64,000 bases of DNA from Candidatus Bathyarchaeota archaeon (GTDB lineage Archaea; Thermoproteota; Bathyarchaeia; Bathyarchaeales; Bathycorpusculaceae): contig CAWHXY010000004.1 in NCBI GenBank assembly GCA_963833575.1, positions 992,001 to 1,056,000 of the forward strand, in the 5' to 3' direction. This document shows, piece by piece, positions 18,618 to 27,590 of the stretch. Position numbers and translations under genes: made by a program. Positions within the stretch are counted from its first letter, which is position 1, and each line of letters starts with the position of its first letter. The notes under the pieces were generated by a model. That model made no database searches, was not told the DNA's origin, and saw nothing but the letters and a program-made list of their open reading frames with translations.

Positions 18618-19796
18618 ATGAAAAGAAACGGAAAATACTTGTTTACTTCTGAGTCAGTCGGAGAAGGTCACCCAGATAAAGTATCAGACCAAATATCCGA
18701 CAGCGTTTTAGACGCAATATTCACACATGATCCCAAAGCGCGAGTTGACTGCGAAACGCTCGTTATGCAAGGAACCGTAATGATCACTGGACAAATAACC
18801 ACTTGTACATACATTGATATCCCGAAAGTTGTCCGCCAAACGCTAAAAGAAATCGGATTTGACAATGCCAAAGATGGCTTAGACTGGGAAACATGCGGAA
18901 TTCTAGTTTCATTAACTGCTCAGTCTCCAGACATTGCGATGGGAGTCAACGAATCCGCAGGTCACGAGCAAGGCGCTGGTGACCAAGGAATGGTTTTCGG
19001 TTACGCATCAAACGAGACAAAAGAGCTTATGCCGCTGCCAATTATGCTGTCGCATAAACTTGTTAAGCGTTTAGCTGAGTGCAGAAAAACAAAACTTATT
19101 CCTTGCCTGCGTCCGGACTGCAAATCTCAGGTCACTGTGGAATACGAGAATGGCAAGCCAAAATGTGTAAAAACCGTTGTTATTGCAGCACAAAACAATG
19201 GAACAATGGATGACGCAACTTTAAAGAAGGAAATTATTGAAAAAGTTATCAAAAATGTAATACCCGCAAACATGCTTGCTGAGGACATAAAATATGTTAT
19301 CAACGGAACAGGCAGATTCGTCATAGGCGGAACACTTGCAGATTCAGGATTAACCGGTAGAAAGATAATTGTTGACACATATGGTGGAGTGGGAAGCCAC
19401 GGCGGCGGATGCTTCAGCGGCAAAGACCCATCAAAAGTAGATCGATCAGGCTGCTACATGGCAAGATACATAGCCAAAAACATTGTTGCTTCGGGCTTGG
19501 CGGATCAATGCGAAATCCAAATCTCCTACGCAATCGGAGTAGCTCAACCAATCTCAGTGCTAGTGAATACTTATGAAACTGGAAAACTGCCTGACTCGCA
19601 AGTCCTTGAGCTGGTGCAAAAATATTTTGATATGAGACCAAAGGCAATCATTGATCAACTTGACTTGCTAAGACCAATATACAAGAAAACAGCGGTTTTC
19701 GGCCATTTTGGAAGAGAAGAACCAGAATTCACCTGGGAAAAAACCGACAAAGCAGAGCAACTGAAAAAAGAATTAGAAAAAGCCAAAAAAACCTAA
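18618..19796 (+). CDS. metK: S-adenosylmethionine synthetase, bacterial/eukaryotic type
   Basis: [56 protein letters not shown]. Confidence 0.97.
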   Translation: MKRNGKYLFTSESVGEGHPDKVSDQISDSVLDAIFTHDPKARVDCETLVMQGTVMITGQITTCTYIDIPKVVRQTLKEIGFDNAKDGLDWETCGILVSLTAQSPDIAMGVNESAGHEQGAGDQGMVFGYASNETKELMPLPIMLSHKLVKRLAECRKTKLIPCLRPDCKSQVTVEYENGKPKCVKTVVIAAQNNGTMDDATLKKEIIEKVIKNVIPANMLAEDIKYVINGTGRFVIGGTLADSGLTGRKIIVDTYGGVGSHGGGCFSGKDPSKVDRSGCYMARYIAKNIVASGLADQCEIQISYAIGVAQPISVLVNTYETGKLPDSQVLELVQKYFDMRPKAIIDQLDLLRPIYKKTAVFGHFGREEPEFTWEKTDKAEQLKKELEKAKKT

Positions 19797-19870
19797 ATTC
19801 TTAATTTATTTTTTCATTTTCTTCTACTCTGACAATTAATTAGCTGATTCTATAGTTTTGATTAAAATTC

Positions 19871-20007
19871 TCAAATGGGCTTAAAATAGCTTAAAAGAGC
19901 TTGAACTAGCTTAAACTAGCTTGAAATAGCTTAAGATACACTCAACCTGCAACCAATTCGAGCCCTAAATCAAAAAGAAACCCGAAAGGCAAACAAAAAA
20001 ATTGCAC
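19871..20007 (+). repeat. Module copy D: 10-bp array (TTRAAMTAGC x6-7) plus conserved block
   Basis: ttaaaatagc/ttaaaagagc/ttgaactagc/ttaaactagc/ttgaaatagc, then CAACCTGCAA (19943), TCAAAAA at +27 and AAAAAATTGCAC. Confidence 0.9.
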
Positions 20008-20215
20008 TAAAAACAGCAATATGGAATTCACAAACACCGTTCATCAAGTCAGAGAATTGTATTTTTTTTAAGAGACGTGTAACAGATAATGGCTTTAGAT
20101 TGAAGCTGGATTATTATGTTCCCTGTTAAACGAATTAAGTATTAGCTATTATTGTGGGAAAGACTTAATTCCTTATTCTAATATTTGTTTGAAAAATAAC
20201 AAGAAGGCACTATAG

Positions 20216-21259
20216 TTGGCTAGTCTTTCGCAGTTAAAATTTGCAATGTGGCTTTCGATTTTCTTATCAGCCTTCATATTTGGCCTTCTTGTATTTGTAA
20301 TAGTATTCTTTTTACAATTGGATGTCTTTGTTGGTTTAGCTGTCGCCTTAGGGGGTTCGGCACTTTTCATATTATTCCAGTGGGCAGTGGGTCCAGCGAT
20401 TGTTGTAGCGTCAACGCATTTGCATTATCTCAAGCCTGGCGAAAATCCGTGGCTTGAAAAAACCGTTAAAGATTTAGCTGATAAAAGCGGTTTACCCATG
20501 CCAAAGTTGGCAACAGTCCCAAATAATACGCCTAACGCGTTTACTTTTGGTAGAAACACAAGCAGCTCAACCTTGGCTGTGCATGAAGGTTTACTCAGGC
20601 AGTTAAATGAAGAGGAAATCAAAGGCGTTATAGCTCACGAGTTAGGCCATGTTAAACATAAAGATTACATTGTTATGACTGTACTCTCAGCCTTGCCGTT
20701 AATCGCCTACTTCATTGCACAGGCAACATTGTATGCTGGAGCTTTTAGCGGAGGGCGAAGAAACAGTAAAGATAACTCTGGTGCAGTTTTAATTGCAATA
20801 GGCGTAATCGCTTTTGTGATTTATATTTTAACATTCCTTATTGTTATGAGACTTAGCAGGCTTCGCGAACATTATGCAGATGCATATTCTGCCTACGTGA
20901 CTGGTTCGCCCAGACAATTAGAAAGTGCTTTGGCAAAAATTACCTATGGTTTATCGCTTTCGCCTAAAGCTCCAGAGGGAGTTAGAGCATTCTACATTGA
21001 AGACCCAGCAGCGGCGAAGCAGGAAGTTCAGCATATCATGGAACATAAAGATGAATATGATTTGGACCATGACGGCGTGTTAGATGAACATGAATTGGAG
21101 TTAGCGATGGAGAAAGAAGCAAAAGGTACGTGGGTGCAAATGAATAGTTTGTTTGCCACTCATCCACCGACGTTTAAACGTATTTTGCTTTTGCGGGAAA
21201 TCGAGCAGGAAATGGACACAGGCAAATATAGCAGCGACAAAATCTATTCTCACGTCTAG
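20216..21259 (+). CDS. htpX: HtpX-family M48 zinc metalloprotease
   Basis: PNAFTFG, HELGH, SRLREHYAD, FATHPP; transmembrane helices. Confidence 0.93.
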   Translation: MASLSQLKFAMWLSIFLSAFIFGLLVFVIVFFLQLDVFVGLAVALGGSALFILFQWAVGPAIVVASTHLHYLKPGENPWLEKTVKDLADKSGLPMPKLATVPNNTPNAFTFGRNTSSSTLAVHEGLLRQLNEEEIKGVIAHELGHVKHKDYIVMTVLSALPLIAYFIAQATLYAGAFSGGRRNSKDNSGAVLIAIGVIAFVIYILTFLIVMRLSRLREHYADAYSAYVTGSPRQLESALAKITYGLSLSPKAPEGVRAFYIEDPAAAKQEVQHIMEHKDEYDLDHDGVLDEHELELAMEKEAKGTWVQMNSLFATHPPTFKRILLLREIEQEMDTGKYSSDKIYSHV

Positions 21260-21360
21260 AATAACAACTTTTTTGATTTAAACCAGTTTAAAACCATGCG
21301 AAGACTAATATCTTTGCTGTATCGATTTATTATAAAATTGATCAGGAGAGAACAAAAAGA

Positions 21361-21567
21361 ATGGTAAATTACTGTCCTGAATGCGGCGGAGAAATTCAGT
21401 ATATCTCGTTGACCAAGCATTATGTTTGCAAAAGCTGCGGTTTATCATGCACTGGGCAAGAACTCAATGACTTGCACGACAAAAACAGACCAGCTTATGA
21501 AACCGAAGAAGAAGCAAAACAGAACCGCAAAAAAGAATACCTCAAATGGTATCTAAGCAAGAAATAA
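21361..21567 (+). CDS. Small zinc-ribbon protein
   Basis: CPECGG...YVCKSCG; GGAG upstream of the start. Confidence 0.8.
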   Translation: MVNYCPECGGEIQYISLTKHYVCKSCGLSCTGQELNDLHDKNRPAYETEEEAKQNRKKEYLKWYLSKK

Positions 21568-21741
21568 AACCGAAACAAAAAGAAACGAACCTTTTGGTTA
21601 GTTTTGACTCTTTTTCTAATCTTTGATTTTCAACAAATTTAGTGGTTAGCAATAAAATGGCTCCTTAGACATGCTTTTGAGTTTAGTACAAGGAAACGGT
21701 ATAAAAGAAAACAACCTTCTAGTTTAGCCATCTGTAGAAAG

Positions 21742-22578
21742 ATGCGAAGCAATATGACTGTAGACGTAGAAATAATCTGTATAGGTAACGAATTGTTGAT
21801 AGGCAAAACCCTAAATACAAATGCACATTGGCTTGGAAGACAAGCGACTATTCTTGGGGCAAATGTGAAACGCATTACTGTGGTACAGGATATTGTTGAT
21901 GAGATAGCCGGTATCATTTGCGAAGTCATACGTCGAAAGCCTCAATTCATATTTGTCACTGGGGGGTTAGGCCCAACTTTTGACGACAAAACGTTAGAGG
22001 GTATTGCAAAAGCTTTGAACTGCAAATTGCAGGTCAACCAAAAAGCGTTAGCTATGGTTAAAGAAAAATGTGAAGAATACGCTAGAAAAAGGCATCTTCA
22101 AATCCCTATTGAATTGACGCCGGCTAGAGTGAAAATGGCGATGTTGCCAGATAAGGCAGAGCCAATTTGCAACCCCATCGGATCGGCACCTGGAGTGAGA
22201 GCGGCTATTGAAGGTACCGTTTTGTTTGCGCTGCCAGGTGTGCCTTTAGAGATGGAAGCGATTTTTATGGATTCAATATCGTCGCTGCTTAGTCAAGCTG
22301 TAGGTGACAGAGTTTTTGTCGAGGAAAGTATGTTTGTGGACAACATGGCGGAATCATTTTTGGCTCCATTAATCGACAAAGTCATGGAGGCTAATGAGGG
22401 CGTTTATATTAAATCTCATGTTTTCACGGGAGCTCATTCAATGAGTGTGGAAAATAAACCTCATATTGAGGTTCATTTAACCGCAAGAGCCAAAGCCAAA
22501 GAAAACCCTGAGATGAAGCTTCTAAAAGCTAAAGATGAACTCTCAAAGTTAATAGAAGCCGATGGGCAACCAACATAA
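21742..22578 (+). CDS. CinA-like molybdopterin-binding domain protein (COG1058)
   Basis: IGNELLIG, NTNAHWL, TGGLGPTFDDKT, NPIGSAPG, LPGVPLEM. Confidence 0.9.
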   Translation: MRSNMTVDVEIICIGNELLIGKTLNTNAHWLGRQATILGANVKRITVVQDIVDEIAGIICEVIRRKPQFIFVTGGLGPTFDDKTLEGIAKALNCKLQVNQKALAMVKEKCEEYARKRHLQIPIELTPARVKMAMLPDKAEPICNPIGSAPGVRAAIEGTVLFALPGVPLEMEAIFMDSISSLLSQAVGDRVFVEESMFVDNMAESFLAPLIDKVMEANEGVYIKSHVFTGAHSMSVENKPHIEVHLTARAKAKENPEMKLLKAKDELSKLIEADGQPT

Positions 22579-22621
22579 TTGTGCTGGAGAGGCTAAGTTA
22601 AAAGTGATTTTGTCTTGGAAT

Positions 22622-22903
22622 TTATTCTGTTGGTTCAATTGTGACCTCTAACGGTAAGCCTGCAAGACTTGGTTCATCACGTCTAAGTAGGGCTATCTGT
22701 AGCTTTGGAACAACTATTCGTCCGTCCATGTGCATTTTGCCAAGAAAACTTTCTCTTACACCCATCGCGCCAACCACGCTAACGGTGATTCGTAAGACCT
22801 CCGACGACTCCAGCTTGCATTGCCAACGGATCAATTTAGGAATGTACAAAAGATCTCTTTTTTTTAACAGCGCTTTAAAAGCTACTCTTTGAGTTAACGG
22901 CAA
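22622..22903 (-). CDS. Small protein with two AbrB/MazE-like swapped-hairpin repeats (putative DNA-binding)
   Basis: Internal duplication LYIPKLIR / DGRIVVPKLQI, each followed by a beta strand (VLRITV, PLEVTI); GRI-x-VP is AbrB-like. Confidence 0.65.
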   Translation of the reverse strand: MPLTQRVAFKALLKKRDLLYIPKLIRWQCKLESSEVLRITVSVVGAMGVRESFLGKMHMDGRIVVPKLQIALLRRDEPSLAGLPLEVTIEPTE

Positions 22904-22920
22904 ATTACCAGCTTCTTTCC

Positions 22921-23054
22921 ATCACATTTCCACACAAAATCACACATTTCCACACATTTAAGCACAAATACACACATTCCAGCACACAACCTGCAAACAA
23001 TCTAAGCTTCGCTTCAAAAAAGCAACTTAAAACACAAAGAACAAAAATTACACT
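22921..23054 (+). repeat. Module copy E: 10-bp array (CACACATTTC x6-7) plus conserved block
   Basis: atcacatttc/cacacaaaat/cacacatttc/cacacattta/agcacaaata/cacacattcc, then CAACCTGCAA (22987), TCAAAAA at +27 and AAAAATTACAC. Confidence 0.9.
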
Positions 23055-23168
23055 GAAATTCTGAGGTCATTCATAGACTTAGAGAGACTTATCAAAACAG
23101 TTTGAACAAAATAAATTCTGGCGATTTACTGTTACAAACTTAAGATTCCAAAAAAATAAAAAGAAAGA

Positions 23169-24152
23169 TTAGATTGGGTATGCTCCGCAGGTTTTGCAGA
23201 ACTGAATCTTTGTTTTAATGTAGCTCTTGCACTTGGGGCACTGGACGGCGCCTTCAACCTTGGGGAAAACGTCTTTGGGTTTGCCAAATTTCTTTCGGAA
23301 TATTTCGTAATAGAGCAGTTGTTCTTTATCTTGGATTTCCACATCATCTTCTGCTTTTATCGCCTTCTTTTTCTCCTCGAAATCTTTGTCACTCAACATA
23401 TCATTAAAGTAAGTTCTCAGCGTTTCCGTTCCTGTTCCTTGTTCAAGTGGTGCTTTCGGTCTCCAAATGATATCTTTAGGTATTACGTCTTCGTAGGCTT
23501 TTCTTAGGATCCATTTGCTGTATTTTACGCCATTGTACATGTTTATCTTGAATTTGATTGGTAATGCCATTGCCCACTTCATAAATTCTGGGTCCCTATA
23601 TGGTGCCTTGATTGTCATTCCAAGAGACTCTGCCATGGGGAATGAGGAGAAGCCCATTTCTGCCCACATTTCTTCTTGTTTCTTAGCAAATTCAGATTCC
23701 GTTAAATGGAACTGCCATGGGTAACCAAATAGTTCGTCGAGTGCATCGCCTGTGAATACGCTTTTGATTCCTTTTGGCTTCAACAAAGTTAAGCCTATGT
23801 AAACTGGTAGGCTGTTTCTGATTTCCATGGGGTCAAATTTTTTGAGTGCTTCCACAACTTTGGGGTAGAATTTGAATACGTCTTCTTTGCCGAATTCGTA
23901 GGTTTCTTGTTTTAGATGTAGAAGTTCAACCATTTTCTTTACATATTCAGTGTCTTTTGGTTTTCCATGTTTAAAAGCTAAGGTTAAGCATGGAATGTCG
24001 GGTTTGTACTTAACTGCTTCATAAGCAATTATTTGCGTGTCTGTTCCTGCTGAAAATAGAAAGCCATCTGCCATGTTTTTCTTTACAACTTTGTTTACTA
24101 AAGTTCTTACTTCGGGCAAGAGTTTTGTGTATTCTGATGGATTTAGTGCCAT
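23169..24152 (-). CDS. Asparagine-synthetase-like ATP pyrophosphatase domain (no glutaminase domain) with C-terminal zinc ribbon
   Basis: PP-loop variant FSAGTDT, TGDALDELFGY, KWILRKAY, WRPKAPLEQGTG, CPKC...CKTC. Confidence 0.85.
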   Translation of the reverse strand: MALNPSEYTKLLPEVRTLVNKVVKKNMADGFLFSAGTDTQIIAYEAVKYKPDIPCLTLAFKHGKPKDTEYVKKMVELLHLKQETYEFGKEDVFKFYPKVVEALKKFDPMEIRNSLPVYIGLTLLKPKGIKSVFTGDALDELFGYPWQFHLTESEFAKKQEEMWAEMGFSSFPMAESLGMTIKAPYRDPEFMKWAMALPIKFKINMYNGVKYSKWILRKAYEDVIPKDIIWRPKAPLEQGTGTETLRTYFNDMLSDKDFEEKKKAIKAEDDVEIQDKEQLLYYEIFRKKFGKPKDVFPKVEGAVQCPKCKSYIKTKIQFCKTCGAYPI

Positions 24153-24357
24153 TTTTTTCCCTCGCAATTACATTGTTTGTCTTCCATCCAGTATTTAAGC
24201 CTTATTCGTATGCAAATAAAAGCAAAAGAATAGTAAACAGATGTGTTAAAAGTTAGCAAAATACTGAACAGACGAGTTATGCTCCATCTAAAACAGCACA
24301 TTTAAAAGTGCAAAACTGAAAATCAATAAACAGCCTTAACACATCAGAGGATACAAA

Positions 24358-25110
24358 TTGAAAACTTGCATACTCCATATGAAAATACGAAATTCCATAG
24401 ACGGCAACATAGAAGCCGCTAAATCAGCAATCCAAAAAGCTGCCAAACAAAAACCAGCGCTCATTGCTCTTCCAGAATACTTCACAGTCCCCAACTGCAT
24501 GGGAGACTTTACTAACGCACAAAAAATTTCACAAGAAACCTGTGAAAAGACGCTAGATTTTCTTGAGAAAATTTCTACAGAACTCGGTGACACTTACCTG
24601 CTAGGCGGCTCAGTTCTTGAAGAAAATGAAGGCAAATACTACAACACAAGTACCCTATGGAAAAATGGTTCTCTTTTAGCTAAATACAAAAAAATAAACC
24701 CAATTGCAGCCGAAATTAAAGCCGGCGTTGCCAGAGGCAACCAACCCCTCGTAGTTAATACAGAAATTGGGAAAATCGGGCTTCTGGTATGTGCAGACTC
24801 GTTTGACCCCGAGCTTGTAAAGCATACTGCCAAATTGGGTGCAGAGATACTTTCTTTGCCTGTAGCAGCAATGGGCACTCATCCAATTGTTCAAGGTCAC
24901 CCGTTAACTGAAAAAATCGCTTCGGATTATGGTTTGTTTGTGCTTAAAGTTGGAAACGTCTGCTCAAGTATGAGAGGTGGAAGAAGCGCAATTATTGCTC
25001 CCTGGGGGATACTTGGTGAAGTAACAGATTCACCTGAAGATTCGATCTTAACCAGAGAACTTGACATGAAACGACTGGGTGAATACAGAAAGAAACTCAG
25101 TAAATTTTAG
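24358..25110 (+). CDS. Carbon-nitrogen hydrolase (nitrilase superfamily)
   Basis: E-K-C triad in LPEYF, YKKIN and LVCAD; GRSAIIAPWG. Confidence 0.92.
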   Translation: MKTCILHMKIRNSIDGNIEAAKSAIQKAAKQKPALIALPEYFTVPNCMGDFTNAQKISQETCEKTLDFLEKISTELGDTYLLGGSVLEENEGKYYNTSTLWKNGSLLAKYKKINPIAAEIKAGVARGNQPLVVNTEIGKIGLLVCADSFDPELVKHTAKLGAEILSLPVAAMGTHPIVQGHPLTEKIASDYGLFVLKVGNVCSSMRGGRSAIIAPWGILGEVTDSPEDSILTRELDMKRLGEYRKKLSKF

Positions 25111-26002
25111 TCCACTGATCAACTATTCGACTCATTTCTTCAAATTTGTATTTTCCCAGCCATTCTCGAAAATCACTATTGTGAACAGCAAACCTGCAGA
25201 CTTGTCGGGCATTTTCTGAATCATGTACTAAGAGAAGTACTGCGTCCAATTTGTGTCTTGAAACATAAGCCACCGTTTTAAGTAGCGCATTCAGTTTTTC
25301 GTCGGTTGGCATTTCAGCACTTAACTCTAAAACAACAGGTTTCTTCAGTGACTCTGCGAAGTCTCGTGCGAGCATATCAACCCAATACATTGTGAAGTAG
25401 TCTCGTGAGGAAAGTGGCACATGAAAATAATCAACTAATTCGGCAATCGCATCTAAGTCTAAGCCGAATCTTTGCTTTGCAAGCAGGGGGTCGGGGTAAA
25501 TTTCAACCGCGAACGTTCCTTTTGTGTGGGATTTGGCTTCTTTGAGGAATTTTGCTATTGTTTGAGCTCGCCACTGTATCCAGCTCAAGTCGCTTTCTTT
25601 CCATTGTCCTAAGCACCTAGGGCAGACGCAGAATTCTTGATCGGGAAAATGATAAAGATTTAACGTTATGCCCATGATGTTTTCCTTACTTAAGCAGTCC
25701 AAGTAGTCATACACTTTTGCTCTGTAGATGGGTTCTGTTGGGCAGACGAAATCAAAAGCCAGATTGCTTCTTCTATTTTTTCGCAAAGCTGGACCTGTAT
25801 CTGATATTGCAACTATTCTTGGGTCTTCGCGAATGGCTTTAGCATCACAAAAAACTGTCACGTCATTTTGCATACATTTTGCGGCTGGAAAAATTTGCCC
25901 GTCTGCCCATTTTGAATAGTAAACGTGAAGGTCAAAACCCTCTACTTTTTCAGGTTTATAGGTGACTAACCCAATTTGCATGTTCTTCACCAGTGCTCGC
26001 AA
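25097..26002 (-). CDS. Cys-containing putative TIM-barrel (glycoside-hydrolase-like) protein; paralog of 27591..28502
   Basis: FVCPTEP, FCVCPRC, WIQWRAQTI, RFGLD. Shares motifs throughout with 27591..28502. The start may be ATG 25981. Confidence 0.65.
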   Translation of the reverse strand: MRALVKNMQIGLVTYKPEKVEGFDLHVYYSKWADGQIFPAAKCMQNDVTVFCDAKAIREDPRIVAISDTGPALRKNRRSNLAFDFVCPTEPIYRAKVYDYLDCLSKENIMGITLNLYHFPDQEFCVCPRCLGQWKESDLSWIQWRAQTIAKFLKEAKSHTKGTFAVEIYPDPLLAKQRFGLDLDAIAELVDYFHVPLSSRDYFTMYWVDMLARDFAESLKKPVVLELSAEMPTDEKLNALLKTVAYVSRHKLDAVLLLVHDSENARQVCRFAVHNSDFREWLGKYKFEEMSRIVDQWTKIY

Positions 26003-26040
26003 ACAATATATTCTTGGCGCTTAATTAATTGGTGATTTAA

Positions 26041-26262
26041 ATGGGCAAGCAGCAGAAATCCGCCATTCTTATCGATACCGCTAAATGTGCTCCATGTACT
26101 GGCCAAATTTGTATTGGTGTTTGTCCACAAGGTGCTCTGGAAGAGGGTAAAAATAGGAAACCTCAAGTCATCAATGTTGTTGAGTGTACTAGGTGTGGGG
26201 TATGCGTAAACCTATGCCCAACCAAAGCAATCAGTATTGATTCAATTAGCCCTAAAAAATAA
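26041..26262 (+). CDS. 2x[4Fe-4S] ferredoxin
   Basis: CAPCTGQICIGVCP and CTRCGVCVNLCP. Confidence 0.9.
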   Translation: MGKQQKSAILIDTAKCAPCTGQICIGVCPQGALEEGKNRKPQVINVVECTRCGVCVNLCPTKAISIDSISPKK

Positions 26263-26277
26263 CTCTGCATTGGTGGC

Positions 26278-27324
26278 TTGCTTTTGGAAGAGTTTAACCT
26301 TACCGGCAGCGTCAAACTTGTTGTAAAAGACAATGTGCTAGCCGTAATTTGCGATAACGCTTTAATGGCCTTAAGTTCAGCATTTTACAATGGCGGGACC
26401 AAACAGATTAAAGCTGTCCTCAATGTAGGCGTGCCGGAAGGGTATAATGACCGTTCCTTGCACCTTGACCCGCTCGCACTAATCACTTCATCAGCTGCAA
26501 AGCTTGGATTTACTAAAGACTATCTTGCAATGGTTACTGCCGCAAAAATGAGTAACTACAGCTTAGTAACAAAGAAAGCTGGTGATTTTTCAGTCAGCGT
26601 TGCTGCAACTGCTGGCTGCAAACACGGTGAATCATCTGGCGAAGAAATGAACGTTCAAGAAATCTCAGATGGCACAATAAACTTAATTGTTTTAATTGAC
26701 GCCAAGCCTACGGAAAGCTGCATGGTAGCCTCCATAATTACTGCAACTGAAGCTAAATCAGCTGCGCTAAGAGATTTAGACATTAGAAGTCTCTATACGG
26801 GTGACTCAGCAACTGGCTCAATAACTGACAGCGTAACTATAGCATCAACTAATCAAGGCAAAACAATTAGTTACGGTGGACCAGCATCAAAATTGGGCAA
26901 GTTGGTCGGGCACTGCACCAGACAAGCTGTGGCTGAAGCACTAGTTAAGCAGGAGCCTTTTTGGAAAAACCGAACCGTAATGGACAGGTTGAAAGAGAGA
27001 CATCTTCCAATTGAGAAGCTATCAATTGAAGTATCTAAAGTTAAAGGCTTAACTATTGACACTAAGGGTTTGGAGACTATTTTGAAAGACACGCCTGCTA
27101 CTTTGGCATTCTTATTCGCGGCGGCTAAAATGGATGATGATTACAAAAAAAACTTGTTGCCTGCTGAGTTTGGAGACCCCGAAATGGTAACTAAATACTT
27201 TGATAGTCTTGCCCATATAGCCCACAATTTCTCCAAATCGCCAGGGTATGATTTAGTTGATTTGCCACCGTTTGTGAAGCATGCATTAATCAGTATTGTG
27301 CGAGAAGCTTATTCGAAGAATTAA
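26278..27324 (+). CDS. cbiZ: Adenosylcobinamide amidohydrolase with C-terminal extension
   Basis: ALSSAFYNGG, MVTAA, GTINL, ITATEAKSAAL, ATGSITD, YGGPASKLG. Confidence 0.88.
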   Translation: MLLEEFNLTGSVKLVVKDNVLAVICDNALMALSSAFYNGGTKQIKAVLNVGVPEGYNDRSLHLDPLALITSSAAKLGFTKDYLAMVTAAKMSNYSLVTKKAGDFSVSVAATAGCKHGESSGEEMNVQEISDGTINLIVLIDAKPTESCMVASIITATEAKSAALRDLDIRSLYTGDSATGSITDSVTIASTNQGKTISYGGPASKLGKLVGHCTRQAVAEALVKQEPFWKNRTVMDRLKERHLPIEKLSIEVSKVKGLTIDTKGLETILKDTPATLAFLFAAAKMDDDYKKNLLPAEFGDPEMVTKYFDSLAHIAHNFSKSPGYDLVDLPPFVKHALISIVREAYSKN

Positions 27325-27590
27325 GAAAGCAGTTGCGATACAAAGTCTTGGCATTAGATGGTCTTTGTCTCTCTCTTGCCCCTCACATATACACGTTATG
27401 GCAAAATAGGTTCTGATAACTGGTTGCTAACAGTTTTCCCTAAAAAGCCATCAGCGTAGAATTGTTTTTCATTCGGTTAATTTCGAATCGTTGGTTTTCA
27501 AGACTTTGCTTACTGTATGAGAGTTCACCAAAAAGACTTAAATAACTTGCAAATTTATTCGCTTGTAAAAACAAGAGATAAAATGGTGTA

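Noticed and set aside
16821-23054. 10-bp arrays as CRISPR arrays
   Set aside because: Units are contiguous 10-mers with no unique spacers, and there are no cas genes in the window.
27330-27480. Minus-strand AGGGAA plus AACTG/CAGTT stem as a cobalamin riboswitch
   Set aside because: The rest of the consensus is missing and it points antisense into cbiZ.
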